Shown here one piece after another: positions 28,973 through 38,358 of a stretch of 64,000 nt of DNA. Location: NCBI GenBank assembly GCA_041660065.1, contig JBAZXC010000002.1, positions 170,620 to 234,619 on the forward strand, given 5' to 3'. Under the pieces are notes generated by a model. That model ran no database searches. It saw only the letters and a program-made list of their open reading frames with translations, and was not told where the DNA came from. The position numbers and the translations under genes are program-made. The stretch's first letter is position 1. The number at the start of each line of letters is the position of its first letter. The DNA comes from Parcubacteria group bacterium (lineage in GTDB: Bacteria; Patescibacteriota; Minisyncoccia; Moranbacterales; GCA-2747515).

Positions 28973-29193
28973 AATAGCACCTCCTCTGATAGAAAATTAC
29001 GCTTTTTTAGATCATGCGATTGTCATGCCGGTGTACTTATGCATCGAGATGCAATTCCACTCTGGCGATGTATATCGTCACGTCTTTCGCGTATTTTATC
29101 GTTCCGACCTATTCGGACCGACATGAAAGTTTAATACAGAACTGATTGTATGTCAAGGATGGTTTTTTGGGTAATATAAAGCAAATGGATCAC

Positions 29194-30312
29194 TTATTTG
29201 AAATGGATCACCGTGATCTCCGGACGTCCTGATGTGCGCATTGCCGGACCCCATGTGCCGACACCCCGCGATGTATAGATCGAGAAATCTCCCTCACGCG
29301 TCAGTCCATTCGCATAGCGACCATAGATCGCACGCGTGATCAGTTGAAATGGAAATAATTGCCCGCGGTGCGTGTGCCCCGCCAATTGCACATCAAAACC
29401 CAGATCCTTGGCAGTACGTGCACTAGAGGGATCATGATACAGGAGGATGTTTGGTTTGTTGAGGTCGAGATCCTGCATATTGTGGATTGTTTCTGCGATG
29501 TCTTTTTTCTCGCCACGCTCGGGATAACTCACGCCGACGATCTGCATTCCATCCACAGATACCACAGCATCATCCAAAGTTTGGATCGCTGTTTGTGCAA
29601 GCGTATCGGTCACCATATCCAGACCGAGATATGTCTCATGATTACCCGTAATAAAATATACACCCTGCGGTGCTGTCATATGTCGCAACGGATCGATGAG
29701 TTCTGCCAGCGCGCCATCCATCCCGTCAAAGAGATCCCCCGTGATAAACACCACGTCAGGATGTTCCTTATTGACCGCAGTCACTACCTGCGTCAAAAAA
29801 CGCGCGCCATATGTGTGACCGAGGTGCACATCTGATAATTGCACGACCGTTTTGTCTTTCCATGTCTCAGGCAGATCTTTGACCTCTAGTGTGATGTGTG
29901 TGACTGTGGGATGAAATGCGCACCATATACCATACCCGGAGTACACGAGAGCGACAATGAGAAAAGAGGTTGCCACAAATTTTTCATTCATGCCACATGC
30001 AAACATGTGACAGATCAGAACAATACCCCACACGATGATACACACTATGATCACATTCCACCCGATGGCAAGCAGTAATCCCGAGATCCCATAAAAAGCT
30101 CTCGTAAAAATATTCTCCGCATAGTGCGCGAGGATCGATGCAATGATAAAGCTCACACCACACACAAACAATCCCACCACCAACCACATTTTGTATTGCG
30201 GATCACTGATGCTAAAAAATCTGACCAAAGAAATATAAATAAAATAGTTCCCGCCAAAAAGGATCGCGATAAAAATGACCAAAAATATCATGAAGCCCCA
30301 CACCATATGCAT
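29194..30312 (-). CDS. membrane-anchored calcineurin-like metallophosphoesterase
   Basis: DVHLGH, GDLFD, GNHE, GHTHRG phosphoesterase motifs; N-terminal TM helices. Confidence 0.8.
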   Translation of the reverse strand: MHMVWGFMIFLVIFIAILFGGNYFIYISLVRFFSISDPQYKMWLVVGLFVCGVSFIIASILAHYAENIFTRAFYGISGLLLAIGWNVIIVCIIVWGIVLICHMFACGMNEKFVATSFLIVALVYSGYGIWCAFHPTVTHITLEVKDLPETWKDKTVVQLSDVHLGHTYGARFLTQVVTAVNKEHPDVVFITGDLFDGMDGALAELIDPLRHMTAPQGVYFITGNHETYLGLDMVTDTLAQTAIQTLDDAVVSVDGMQIVGVSYPERGEKKDIAETIHNMQDLDLNKPNILLYHDPSSARTAKDLGFDVQLAGHTHRGQLFPFQLITRAIYGRYANGLTREGDFSIYTSRGVGTWGPAMRTSGRPEITVIHFK

Positions 30313-30383
30313 GAATAATTAATCGTTAAACTCATCTCACACAATTGTACGCTATTGGAATCATTTTGACTACGCGTGGTCCG

Positions 30384-31136
30384 TTATGTTTTTGCTTGCA
30401 CTGCTGCGACATAATTACAATAATCACAATTTTCCGCTGCCGGAGGAATGTCATCACGCATGAGACACGCGTGCGCATCAGTGATGGTCTGCTCCACCCA
30501 GCTCGCATCACCAACATAGGGGATGACTTTGACATCAAATTCCAATTTACTGTCAAAAGCCTCTTTGTCAGTGTCTCCATTACAATAGACAAAATACCCC
30601 GTGTTTGAGACGGTAAAACCGTTTTTGCGAAAAAGCCATTGATAGATTTCCATCTGCCGTTTGTAACCGATCTGCCACTCCGCATCCAGACTAACTTCCC
30701 CGCTTTTTGACGTTGCCTTATAATCCACGATGATCAATTCTCCTTGCGGATTGACCCACACATCATCCACTCCGCCAGTGACGAGTATATTGGTTTTTTC
30801 ATGCAGATACTGTATACCCCGTCGCAATGAATCCCGCCACTCATCCATCCGCTTATCATCAAACGGCACAGCATCGATACCATATTCTTGCATCAAGGGA
30901 TGCGCTGTTTGACCGACTCTATGGATATCAAATTCTTTTTTGAGCAAAGCATCCACTGCCGAGTTGAGATTGAACGGAAATCCCGGCGGACGCCCCACAC
31001 CGAGCCTCCGGTCCAAATAAAAACATCGTGGACAATTCAAAAACAGATCAATCTTTGACCGCGATAGCTTAAATGCGTTCTCAGATGCAGGATCAAAAAT
31101 ATTGCGCGTTCTTATAGCCTTATAATATTCAGACAT
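30384..31136 (-). CDS. Cas4-like PD-(D/E)XK nuclease with Fe-S cysteines (stand-alone, no CRISPR nearby)
   Basis: N-terminal CPRC, IVDYK catalytic motif, C-terminal C..CDYC; palindrome R1 ~38 nt upstream. Confidence 0.6.
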   Translation of the reverse strand: MSEYYKAIRTRNIFDPASENAFKLSRSKIDLFLNCPRCFYLDRRLGVGRPPGFPFNLNSAVDALLKKEFDIHRVGQTAHPLMQEYGIDAVPFDDKRMDEWRDSLRRGIQYLHEKTNILVTGGVDDVWVNPQGELIIVDYKATSKSGEVSLDAEWQIGYKRQMEIYQWLFRKNGFTVSNTGYFVYCNGDTDKEAFDSKLEFDVKVIPYVGDASWVEQTITDAHACLMRDDIPPAAENCDYCNYVAAVQAKT

Positions 31137-31173
31137 ATGTTTAATTTTACGATGTAGTTAATTAAGCCGATCC

Positions 31174-31207
31174 GTAACATAATTATACGACCGTATAATT
31201 ATGTGAC
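31174..31207. repeat. 34-bp palindrome R1 GTAACATAATTATACGACCGTATAATTATGTGAC
   Basis: Member of 6-copy family; upstream of Cas4-like nuclease gene. Confidence 0.85.
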
Positions 31208-31301
31208 ACGGTATTGTTGCCTGTTGTATCAATTGATCAATTCTTTAAAAAATTGAGTTGTGTTTTGTCCCATATTTTTATAATTAAGTTATTTGCAAAG
31301 T

Positions 31302-31335
31302 GGTACATAATCGCACGGCCGTGGGATTATGTTAC
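31302..31335. repeat. 34-bp palindrome R2 with ~70-bp conserved left flank
   Basis: GGTACATAATCGCACGGCCGTGGGATTATGTTAC; flank shared with R5 and R6. Confidence 0.85.
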
Positions 31336-31398
31336 GGGGTTTTTAGCATTTGCAGTTTGGATAAATTGCAAAATATGTAATGGGATAGGAATGTAATG

Positions 31399-32007
31399 TT
31401 ATGCATCTTTACGATCCTTCCAAAATTTATGTTTTTTATTCTGCTCATTGACCAATTTTTTCAGCTTGTTCCAATTTTGTTTTTTATTTCCTTCATCCAT
31501 CATCTTATTGATATCTTTTCCGTTTAACCCGGCATACAATGCCGCGATCTCATAACGCACACCTTGATTATCATTTGGATTCATTTTTAGCAAAAGTCGA
31601 TATAATTCAATCGCCTTTTCATTATCTCCTTGATCCCAATAATCATCGCCCATGTATTGTATTGCACGCATGTACGCTCGATTATCCATGTCGCCCCACT
31701 CCATGGATTTCGGCCATTTTGGAAATTTTTTGACCGTTTTTCTAAAAGCGATTCTCGTCACTTCTTCACGCCTTTTGTCATCACCAAGCACGCCATACAC
31801 ACTGATCAAACCAATATACGTTTGCACATAATCATCATCCGCAATTAATGCAGATTGCAGTATTTTTAACGCTTTCTTTGCACCTCTCTTACCTTCATCC
31901 AAGAGATCCATTGCATCATAATAATTATTATTAAGTTCTTCATAATCTATATTTTTGTTGTTCATATATAGTTTATAAATTATTATCATTTTTCCAACTA
32001 CACCCAT
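31399..32007 (-). CDS. TPR-repeat protein
   Basis: Tetratricopeptide-like repeats (AYMRAIQYMGDDYWDQGDNEKAIELYRLLLKMNP). Confidence 0.55.
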   Translation of the reverse strand: MGVVGKMIIIYKLYMNNKNIDYEELNNNYYDAMDLLDEGKRGAKKALKILQSALIADDDYVQTYIGLISVYGVLGDDKRREEVTRIAFRKTVKKFPKWPKSMEWGDMDNRAYMRAIQYMGDDYWDQGDNEKAIELYRLLLKMNPNDNQGVRYEIAALYAGLNGKDINKMMDEGNKKQNWNKLKKLVNEQNKKHKFWKDRKDA

Positions 32008-32033
32008 AGTTAGAAAAACCCACTTTTAAAAAT

Positions 32034-32067
32034 GTAACATAATTATACGGCCGTATGATTATGTGAC
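32034..32067. repeat. 34-bp palindrome R3 (overlaps stop codon of PaaX-like gene, upstream of TPR gene)
   Basis: GTAACATAATTATACGGCCGTATGATTATGTGAC. Confidence 0.85.
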
Positions 32068-32625
32068 TTTTCTTTTAAAGAAATGTTTTTTAAGTTCTGA
32101 TGCATTATCGATGGTTGATGCTGTAATTATACGCACATATTTATCTGCATTGTATAGACGAACGAGATCCAATATCGTTTTTTCGCACGGATATGGTGAT
32201 ACAAAGACGCTTTGTTGCAATTGTTTGAATTCCAACACATAAAGATGTTTGCGCAAAATATCACGAAAGACACGATCATCCTCCGGTATATCAAAGATCA
32301 CAATGCGCCACTTCTTATCCCATTTTTTAGGTTTGACAAATGTTGCAATCGATCCAAATAAGTCCAACTGGTGCGCAATCCTTTTTCCTTGCGCAGTCAA
32401 AACCAGCATAAAAGATCCATCTGGCATCTTGCGTTCTTTGATAAGCTTTTCTTGTGAAAGTCGTTTGAGCGATCGCGCAAAACTGCGACGATTAATTTTT
32501 TGCCAATCTTTGTGCATAACGGAAAGCGTAGCAAAATACTGACCTGGGGAATGGGATAATCCCAGTGCGACACCGCCAAACAACAAAACGAGAATCTTTT
32601 TTTGTAACTTCCCTATTTTATACAT
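32059..32625 (-). CDS. PaaX-family transcriptional regulator-like protein (Cas2-like C-terminal domain)
   Basis: WRIVIFDIPE...LRKHLYVLEFKQLQQSVFVS motif of PaaX_C/Cas2-like fold; palindrome R4 begins 13 nt upstream of start codon. Confidence 0.6.
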   Translation of the reverse strand: MYKIGKLQKKILVLLFGGVALGLSHSPGQYFATLSVMHKDWQKINRRSFARSLKRLSQEKLIKERKMPDGSFMLVLTAQGKRIAHQLDLFGSIATFVKPKKWDKKWRIVIFDIPEDDRVFRDILRKHLYVLEFKQLQQSVFVSPYPCEKTILDLVRLYNADKYVRIITASTIDNASELKKHFFKRKVT

Positions 32626-32637
32626 AGCGCACTAATG

Positions 32638-32671
32638 GTAACATAATCCCACGGCCGTGGGAATATGTTAC
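32638..32671. repeat. 34-bp palindrome R4, candidate autoregulatory operator
   Basis: GTAACATAATCCCACGGCCGTGGGAATATGTTAC, perfect 34-bp palindrome. Confidence 0.85.
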
Positions 32672-32851
32672 TTTTTTACACGTTTGAAATTTGGAGAATT
32701 GTGGTGTATTTCATCCTATATTTTTGCATTGATCATTTATCCCGATAATTTTAACGCAATGAAAGATACCAAACCACATCTATCATTTATTCTTTCAAAA
32801 ATTGAATTGTTTTTTGCCCCGTGTTTTATTTTTTAATGACTTTAGCTATGT

Positions 32852-32885
32852 GGTACATAATTATACGGCCGTGGGAATATGTGAC
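32852..32885. repeat. 34-bp palindrome R5 with conserved left flank
   Basis: GGTACATAATTATACGGCCGTGGGAATATGTGAC. Confidence 0.85.
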
Positions 32886-32979
32886 CTTTGATGCGTCGAT
32901 TGATATCATTTGTCAGACCAATCTTCACATACCCCGGCATCGCCTCGTTGATCAAAATATAGATAATTTCATTTATAGT

Positions 32980-34158
32980 TTATTTTTTAGGTTTTAATAA
33001 CAATAGTAATTCTTCTGATTTCACTCGTGATGCTTTGATTTTATTATTTTTTAGTTTATTGTTTCCTCCTAGAGTACTAAATTTACCAACAATGACATCA
33101 TGAGAATGTTGTCTACTGGACTTATCAATGTCAAAATATTTTCTTGATATCTCCTTAACTAGTTCACCAGAAAGTCCATTGCTACATTTTCCTTTTGGAA
33201 ACGTGAAAATTACTGACACTTTTTTTTGTGCAAGCACACATAAAAGATCATTAAGTGCTTTTTTTGACTGACTTAAATTACTAAAATGTGACTGTGGTCT
33301 CTCCGTAATGTCTGGGTAGCGTCCTACGCCGGATACTGGTCCACATGTGCCTCGTGCGATTGTTTCTAATACGTGATAAAACCTACTATAATGCACACCG
33401 GAATATGGCGGATCAATAAAGACAAGATCGCCCTCTTTAACTTTTGTTTTGATAAAATGGATTGCATCATCCACATATGTCTTTCCTTTTACTTTTGCGT
33501 GTTTTTCAGAAATTTCCTTAAGGGTAGTCTTGCATACATGTATGATATCTCTATGCCATGCGTCATAGAGAAACTTTCCAGCAGTTTCTGTTGGTTGAAA
33601 AGGTTGAGCTGTGTGCCCCGGAGCTGCTATCGTTCGACTTACAGCATCAATAAGCGCTGCAAGACATGCTGTTTTTTCTGTACTGTTTTTTGGTAAATAT
33701 TTTATAAGATAATCAATCGTCAACGCTTGTAATGGACTGAAATAGTGACCGCCATATGCATTCCAGATTGGACCAATACTTGATTTTTTTTCACATAGTT
33801 TTCGTGATTTTTGAACTGTTTTTCTAAGTACACTGATTTTACAATCCTGCAACTTCACTGCTTCATTAAAAAATGTGGAGGATTTTATCTTTGCATTTGC
33901 TTCTTCAATCCATTTATTTTCCAGTGACACAGGATTTAACTTTTTGTCTCGCTCAATAATAGAACCAGACAAAATCTTACCATACATTTGCAAATCAGAA
34001 GCTAAAACAGGCACATTGAAACTTTGTGCAACATGATGCACAACCGATCCAGCACCACAAAAAGGATCCACAAATCTTTTTGCAGTTGGCACGGTTTTTT
34101 TTATTAGTTCACCCAATCCATTATTTAGCATGAACCGCTTTGAGCCCATGTATTTCAT
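32980..34158 (-). CDS. D12-class N6-adenine DNA methyltransferase (Dam-like) with ~100-aa C-terminal extension
   Basis: DPFCGAGS (motif I) and VFIDPPYSG (motif IV, DPPY). Confidence 0.75.
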   Translation of the reverse strand: MKYMGSKRFMLNNGLGELIKKTVPTAKRFVDPFCGAGSVVHHVAQSFNVPVLASDLQMYGKILSGSIIERDKKLNPVSLENKWIEEANAKIKSSTFFNEAVKLQDCKISVLRKTVQKSRKLCEKKSSIGPIWNAYGGHYFSPLQALTIDYLIKYLPKNSTEKTACLAALIDAVSRTIAAPGHTAQPFQPTETAGKFLYDAWHRDIIHVCKTTLKEISEKHAKVKGKTYVDDAIHFIKTKVKEGDLVFIDPPYSGVHYSRFYHVLETIARGTCGPVSGVGRYPDITERPQSHFSNLSQSKKALNDLLCVLAQKKVSVIFTFPKGKCSNGLSGELVKEISRKYFDIDKSSRQHSHDVIVGKFSTLGGNNKLKNNKIKASRVKSEELLLLLKPKK

Positions 34159-34177
34159 ATTTTTGTTTTTTAACTTC

Positions 34178-35335
34178 CTATAGTCCAGATTTTTCTTTCA
34201 GTTCCCTGTACAGAGCTGATGGACCAGTGCCACCCGGAGCATATCTGTCCCTATTAAAATCATCATCTTGCAAATCTATCCGATTAAATATTTCCAAAAA
34301 CTCCTCCTTTGTGACAATATCGCCAACTTTATCAAAACTGAGATAGGCATCTTTTAAAAATCGCATCAAGGCAATAAACCCCGTTGATTTGTTTAATATC
34401 ATATTTTGTTGAACATCGTTCCATGCAGTTGGCCACTTTTGTTGCACTGCAAAAAAATAATTCCACAATATTTGAGCAATATTTGCATCTTCTTCTTCAA
34501 TAAACATATTTCTCAAAAAAAGTTTTTTTTCATCATCACCATTAACTTTATTTGGTATTGAATCTCTTTTATAAATATCCCTATCTTTCATTGCACAAAT
34601 ATTATTTCCTGAGATATACCGAATCAACGAATCAACAAATGTTGCTTGGGTTATTGTCTCAAATCTATCCGTAGCTACACCAAGGATTTTAATTTTACCA
34701 AAAAATGGACTACCCTCCTTCTGATCTAGTGCTCTAGCAATATTATGAGCAGTTTTTTGTGGACTTCTAGTTTTTGTATACTCAAATAAATCTGCAACAA
34801 GTGATTTATTTACCTTTGTGTGGCTTTTATTTATTGTAGCAAAGATAATTGCTTGGTCTTCAATATCCATATCAACAAATATCGTCACATTTAGAGTGAA
34901 ATCTTCATTGTTCAAATCAAGTCCACCCTCTCTCAAACCAGCTAGTCTATGTTGACCATCTAGTATTTTTGCTACATTATTATTTCTGCGAATCATTAAC
35001 TTTCCACTACTTTCATCATAATTAATGTTGCAAATTGCAGAATCGCCAACATTTTCAAACTGACTAATTTCTACAATGATACCAGTTGGAAATGTTGCAT
35101 CTACAAGCTGAACATAGCTCGCTATTTCCTTCACTCTATTTTTTGATAATAATCTTTGAATTCCAATATATTTTTCTAGTTCAGTCGAGTTTGTTTCCAA
35201 ATGTCTTATATCTGCATAAGATATTTCCAGTAAATCTTTATAACCAATTGATGCAACATAAAAAACTCCAACGGGTTGTTTCACCTGAATGCAACTAACT
35301 TCAATATAATTTTCATTATTATTTAAAGTATTCAT
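34178..35335 (-). CDS. DGQHR-domain protein (DndB-like, ParB/Srx fold)
   Basis: Literal DGQHRLAGL motif; adjacent to MTase and R-M genes. Confidence 0.7.
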   Translation of the reverse strand: MNTLNNNENYIEVSCIQVKQPVGVFYVASIGYKDLLEISYADIRHLETNSTELEKYIGIQRLLSKNRVKEIASYVQLVDATFPTGIIVEISQFENVGDSAICNINYDESSGKLMIRRNNNVAKILDGQHRLAGLREGGLDLNNEDFTLNVTIFVDMDIEDQAIIFATINKSHTKVNKSLVADLFEYTKTRSPQKTAHNIARALDQKEGSPFFGKIKILGVATDRFETITQATFVDSLIRYISGNNICAMKDRDIYKRDSIPNKVNGDDEKKLFLRNMFIEEEDANIAQILWNYFFAVQQKWPTAWNDVQQNMILNKSTGFIALMRFLKDAYLSFDKVGDIVTKEEFLEIFNRIDLQDDDFNRDRYAPGGTGPSALYRELKEKSGL

Positions 35336-35850
35336 GATAATTGATTCATAATATCTCTTTGACTCTCCTTATTTTCTTGATCAGGATCAAGATTTTGGGA
35401 TTGACGATAGTGTGCATAATATATCGTACCAAGAGCATAAAGAACAAATATCCCCGATATTAATCCTATATATTGTGTTTTAGTTGGAACAACTGTAGTG
35501 GCCATATAGCCTACAGCAGAAAATATAATTACAACCCAGGAAATCATATATAAGATTTCTGACAAATTTACTGGTTTTTTTGAATAACCTCTCATCATGT
35601 GAATAGCAGAGCCTAATAATGCTGCGCTATATATAAAAAATTCTCCATTTTTCCAGAGTTGATTTATGCTAAAATTATCATCGGTTATGAGTACGTAAAA
35701 AAAAGTGAGCCAAATTGGTAAAAATGAAAAAAATATTGTTACAAAAATGAAAAACACCGACTCCTTATGATCGTCCCAAGCCTGTGTTTCTTTAATTATC
35801 TTAAATATATTCATAATAATTAATTTGCTATTGTAGCATTCAATATTCAA
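35332..35850 (-). CDS. small integral membrane protein (4 TM)
   Basis: ORF, hydrophobic helices; inside defense gene cluster. Confidence 0.4.
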   Translation of the reverse strand: MNIECYNSKLIIMNIFKIIKETQAWDDHKESVFFIFVTIFFSFLPIWLTFFYVLITDDNFSINQLWKNGEFFIYSAALLGSAIHMMRGYSKKPVNLSEILYMISWVVIIFSAVGYMATTVVPTKTQYIGLISGIFVLYALGTIYYAHYRQSQNLDPDQENKESQRDIMNQLS

Positions 35851-35877
35851 ATATGCAAATGACGATTAATATTCACT

Positions 35878-38355
35878 TTATTCACTCCACAATTTAGCGA
35901 TCACATCTTTTGTTTTTTGTTCGTATATGTCGATGAGTTTTTTTGCTGATTCAACCAAAACACGTTCTGCTTCAATTTTTTCTACAATTAGTTTTTGATT
36001 TATTTTTGATGGCAAAGAAATTTTGATGGATCTAATAATTGGCATATTCAAACCACCTCTTTGATTTTCTCCGTTAATGTTTCTTATTTCTTGATATTTT
36101 TCTTTCAAAGAATATAATAAAAATTCTGAGATCAATTTATTTTCATCTGGATTTATAGAAACCAACGATTGATTACAAGCAGCTTCAGTTCTAAGAATGG
36201 CAATGGTCCCACGTGTCTTTCCTTGACCATTCAATGCTATCAAAACAGAGTTTTTTGGCAATAATCTAGCATTTGAATTATCTAATCCAAGCTGTGTAAT
36301 CCTACCTTCACAATCATAAATTTCCCCTCTATGGATATCACCAGAAACAAGCCACTTAATATCCCCATTATAATATTCTTTAATTGTGGATCGTGGAGTG
36401 CCTCCTGTCATGAGCGTAGAAACATCTCCAATCTTTACCTTTTTCCACTCTGGGTCAATTTCAATTTTTGGCTTCCAATTTTCTGTGATTTGTTTTGCGC
36501 CGGTGATGATTTTTTGATAGCCATCCAATTCTGCTACGATTTTTTCTTGGATTTCGAGAGGTGGAAGTGGAATTTTTGTTGATTTTAATTTTCCAAAATG
36601 TCTTTTGTACCCGTCAGATTCTATTGGATTTACTATTAAATAATAATACAAAAATTTTGGAAGCAATTTGTCATTTGTCTGCAAAATTTTAATACCATCT
36701 GCACCTTGAATAAAATTATTTTCAATATATTTAATTGCGCAGGTATGATCACCAAAAACAATCACTGGGTTTTGTACTGATATTATGGCATCTACATCAT
36801 CGCTCCAACCAGATATATTATCTTGAGATTGATCAATGACAGGATATCGACCATCACTTTTTATATCTTCTTTTTTTAATTTTTTTGGTGGAACAATCGT
36901 AAGTATTAAGTCTTCAATTTTTATCATTGGCCATTTTACATTTGTATAATCTACAGATTCAAAATAGCGATCGCCACTCAAATTATAATCTCCACTCTCC
37001 ACAATTTTAGATTTTTTAACGGCTGTTGCTATAGATTCCGGATCAAGTCCGGAATGACATGATGAAGGCATCGTTTGATTTTCTTTCCATGCATTTAAAA
37101 TTTCCACTGCACATGACAAATCATTTTTATCACTTGGTCTGCGCTGTGCGCCGAGATCAAAACCATCATTGGCGATTTTGACAAAAAGAATTTCGTCATT
37201 CGTTTCCTTTTTGGTCTTGTCAAAAAAGAGGATTGACGTCTTCACACCTGCATACGGATTAAAAACGCCACTCGGCAAACTTACCACAGCCCAAAGCCCT
37301 GCATCTTCTACAAGCTTCTCACGAATCGCTTTATGCGCACGAGCTGCCTGAAAAATCACGCCCTCTGGTACAATCACGCCACATCGCCCACGATCAGTCA
37401 GATGACGAATCATATAATTGAGAAAAAGCACTTCAGTCGCTCCTGTGTCCATCTGCAATTCTTCTGCCACTGCCGCACGATCGATCTTGCCCGCGAATGG
37501 TGGATTTGCCAATATGATATCCCATTTTGTCGTTTCCCCTTGCGTATCCACAAGTGAATTGCGTCGCTTAATCGTCGCATGTGGCAATTTATGAAAGTAT
37601 AAATTCATGAGACCGAATTTGATCATATCCGGATCACTGTCAAACCCCGTGAATGCTTGATTTTCCAAAAATTTCTGTTGTTTTCCTGTGAGGATATCCA
37701 TCGGAAATTTTCCCGCTTTTTTAAAATCATCAGTTGTGTACTTCTGTTTCAAATGATCCAATGCCGCAACAAGAAATCCGCCCGTACCACAGGCCGGATC
37801 ACAAATACTTTCTTCTGCCTTTGGATCGATGACGTCTACAATAAATTTGATAATATGTCTTGGTGTGCGGAACTGTCCTCCTGTGCCCGCTGATGCGATA
37901 CTGGAAAGCAAATATTCATAAAGATCGCCAAAAAGATCCGATCGTGTTGTTTTTTCTTCAGATTCTAGATCTGCCATCAATTCTTCGATTTTATGCACGA
38001 CTGTACGCAGTGCCGGTCTGGCAAAAAGTTTCACATGTGCTTTGTTGTAAAGCATCTTCACTGTTGGATTCGTTGTTTTTTCTGCAATTTTTTCAAAGGC
38101 ATCTCCCAAGTGTCCGAAAAGAGCATCTGCATTGAGACTGAGAATATTATCCCACTGATAAATTGCCAGCTCCCCACTTAAAACCGGTTTATATTTTTTG
38201 TCCAACAGTTTTTGCTCTTGATCATGCTTGTGTAGTTCGCGTAAAAAAATAATATAAATCATGAGTTCAATCACCGCCGTATGATTGGTAAGACCGCCAG
38301 CCCAAATGACATCCATAATGCTATTGATCTTGCTACGAAATTCTTGTAATGACAT
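35878..38355 (-). CDS. hsdMS: Type I R-M methyltransferase fused to specificity subunit (HsdM-HsdS single polypeptide, two TRDs)
   Basis: HsdM N-domain, motif I DPACGTGGF, motif IV LANPPFAG; C-terminal half has two target-recognition domains each ending in conserved LPPLEIQEKIVAELD / LPSKINQKLIVEKIE. Confidence 0.85.
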   Translation of the reverse strand: MSLQEFRSKINSIMDVIWAGGLTNHTAVIELMIYIIFLRELHKHDQEQKLLDKKYKPVLSGELAIYQWDNILSLNADALFGHLGDAFEKIAEKTTNPTVKMLYNKAHVKLFARPALRTVVHKIEELMADLESEEKTTRSDLFGDLYEYLLSSIASAGTGGQFRTPRHIIKFIVDVIDPKAEESICDPACGTGGFLVAALDHLKQKYTTDDFKKAGKFPMDILTGKQQKFLENQAFTGFDSDPDMIKFGLMNLYFHKLPHATIKRRNSLVDTQGETTKWDIILANPPFAGKIDRAAVAEELQMDTGATEVLFLNYMIRHLTDRGRCGVIVPEGVIFQAARAHKAIREKLVEDAGLWAVVSLPSGVFNPYAGVKTSILFFDKTKKETNDEILFVKIANDGFDLGAQRRPSDKNDLSCAVEILNAWKENQTMPSSCHSGLDPESIATAVKKSKIVESGDYNLSGDRYFESVDYTNVKWPMIKIEDLILTIVPPKKLKKEDIKSDGRYPVIDQSQDNISGWSDDVDAIISVQNPVIVFGDHTCAIKYIENNFIQGADGIKILQTNDKLLPKFLYYYLIVNPIESDGYKRHFGKLKSTKIPLPPLEIQEKIVAELDGYQKIITGAKQITENWKPKIEIDPEWKKVKIGDVSTLMTGGTPRSTIKEYYNGDIKWLVSGDIHRGEIYDCEGRITQLGLDNSNARLLPKNSVLIALNGQGKTRGTIAILRTEAACNQSLVSINPDENKLISEFLLYSLKEKYQEIRNINGENQRGGLNMPIIRSIKISLPSKINQKLIVEKIEAERVLVESAKKLIDIYEQKTKDVIAKLWSE

Positions 38356-38358
38356 TTT